Part shown: in pieces, positions 62,597-64,000 of the stretch
How positions within the stretch are numbered: position 1 is the first letter of the stretch
Layout of the letters: the number at the start of each line of letters is the position of its first letter
From: Yuukianura sp. NJ FZ-2021
Lineage: Eukaryota
DNA: 64,000 bases
NCBI GenBank assembly: GCA_046563655.1
Contig: JAJCTO010000010.1
Span: 868,001-932,000, forward strand
Direction: 5' to 3'
The notes under the pieces: generated by a model
Seen by the model: only the letters and a program-made list of their open reading frames with translations
Database searches by the model: none
What the model was told of the DNA's origin: nothing
Position numbers and translations under genes: made by a program

Positions 62597-64000
62597 TTAG
62601 ATGTGGTTGAGTAGATCCGTCGAACGCGACTGAGCAGTCGTGATGACTGGTGGGTCCTTATATACCTGTTGCTGCTCAGCTTGATTACCTTCGACTTCTG
62701 GGTGCGGTCGCGTTAACAAAACCTGATAGAAGTGGGGTTCAAAAAAGTGGTTCTGTGCTCGACGTGTAGTATGGGAGTCTGGAAATTCTGGTTCGGAATT
62801 ATGGTCGTGTGCCGTCACCATGTGGTGGTTCTGTTCGAGTACGGCGGGATAGAAGGGTTGGCTGGCCTGCTCCAAAAGTTGATCATGGGCTCCCCTCATG
62901 TCTTCCTCTCCCTCATGATACAGAAAAATCGGAGGTCTGGAGCCATTACGGTGTGTTGTGAGCCCTGAATCGATGCTGTAATTTGGATAATTGTCCCATT
63001 GCGGGGAAATCGCCCAAGGATTGAGGCTGAATCGCTCCGGGTTTCCGCCAAAATTGTGAGACGAAGTTTTGGGGGTGACAGTTTCCTTATCAGCAGTTGG
63101 GACATATTCCCAATCCTGATCGGCTTCATTGGTATGGTACTGGACGGTGTGGGGTACGGATCCTGTCTCACAAGAGCTAATGTGTAAAATTTTTAAAAAT
63201 GACTGGCGTCCAAGTCGTACAGTTTCATACAGATGACGAAACTTCATATCGATGTGAAATTTTGCGGTGGTGTCAATTGTATCTTGTGTGGATGTATCCA
63301 ACTGGTTCGTCTCTTCGACTATTCCGCGACAAAGACCGAGTCTCGCTCCGCATGTGTCCACTTTGGTGTCCTGGTAATCCTGGACACTTAATCCAAATTC
63401 TGGACAAATGAGACTAGTGGGATTAATGTAGCATTCCGATGCTACTCGTTTCTGGAGCGTGCAGTTGGTATTCGCCTCGCCGTAGATTCGCCAAATAACG
63501 ACTCCGGTGGACGAGTAGCAAACATGGGAATCAAAAGGACAGTCGTTTTGTAAACCTTGTACATCGTGTGACCGAATAAATCCTGTGTATTGGTCATAGG
63601 AAATCTGTATTTCGGTGACGAAGTAGTTGACAATTCGATATCCCCAAGCTTTGGATGATCGGAACTGAGTGTCATTTGTTAAAAGTAGATTCTTTGTGCC
63701 ACGAGTGGTTTGGTTGATGGTAGACAATGGCCATCCCAGTGGATCAAATCCAGAGTTGATGAGATGAGCGCATTGATGCGGTTGTAAGTCGTCGGGTTTG
63801 GAAATGACAGTAGTTTTAAATGGCATCAGACTACTGGGCGTGCGAATGACCTCTGTTGTTTCCTTGACGCAGTGGTAGGCAGTAACACTGCGGGATGGGT
63901 GTTGAGTGCTCCAGAAAGCAGCGGAAACTAGAATGGAGTTCGAAAGTAAGTATGGGCAGGAGTCTGGCCTGGATTTCAAGACCCCCAGTGTCCAAATCCG
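62597..64000 (-). CDS. Paralogous rhabdovirus-G-like glycoprotein with low-complexity C-terminal tail, 5'-truncated by the window edge
   Basis: Frame stays open to 64000 (RIWTLGVLKSRPDSCP...). Aligns motif by motif with 61292-62338. Confidence 0.65.
   Translation of the reverse strand, partial: RIWTLGVLKSRPDSCPYLLSNSILVSAAFWSTQHPSRSVTAYHCVKETTEVIRTPSSLMPFKTTVISKPDDLQPHQCAHLINSGFDPLGWPLSTINQTTRGTKNLLLTNDTQFRSSKAWGYRIVNYFVTEIQISYDQYTGFIRSHDVQGLQNDCPFDSHVCYSSTGVVIWRIYGEANTNCTLQKRVASECYINPTSLICPEFGLSVQDYQDTKVDTCGARLGLCRGIVEETNQLDTSTQDTIDTTAKFHIDMKFRHLYETVRLGRQSFLKILHISSCETGSVPHTVQYHTNEADQDWEYVPTADKETVTPKTSSHNFGGNPERFSLNPWAISPQWDNYPNYSIDSGLTTHRNGSRPPIFLYHEGEEDMRGAHDQLLEQASQPFYPAVLEQNHHMVTAHDHNSEPEFPDSHTTRRAQNHFFEPHFYQVLLTRPHPEVEGNQAEQQQVYKDPPVITTAQSRSTDLLNHI

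Larger units (their letters stand above)
48132..64000 (+). mobile_element. Ty3/gypsy LTR retroelement with env and MMP (element 2), open at window end
   Basis: Same architecture as element 1. No 3' LTR before 64000, so whether sequence after about 60200 belongs to it is uncertain. Confidence 0.85.

Noticed and set aside
37931..63675. Numerous 60-110 aa ORFs overlapping the main genes or the leader
   Set aside because: Shadow frames of real CDSs or of the structured RNA, with no motifs; similarity between elements is explained by the sense-strand gene.

Overview
Eukaryotic (probably invertebrate/arthropod; inference) heterochromatin-like window. Bases 1-35768 are a near-homogeneous tandem satellite with a 705-bp unit (about 50.7 copies). 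At 35769 the array is interrupted by an env-bearing Ty3/gypsy LTR retroelement (element 1), followed at 48132 by a diverged relative (element 2) that runs off the window end. Both have the order LTR - tRNA-Gln PBS - long leader ending in a ~750-nt covarying RNA structure - intact intronless membrane-type matrix metalloproteinase (MMP) ORF - gag - (-1 frameshift pseudoknot) - pol - env. Downstream of the element 2 env lie two paralogous antisense ORFs resembling rhabdovirus-G-like (class III fusogen) ectodomains with no visible membrane anchor. The best candidate for an undescribed system is a retrovirus-like element family carrying its own MMP ahead of gag, possibly with additional captured viral glycoprotein genes. 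All comparisons were made by eye; no database search was run.
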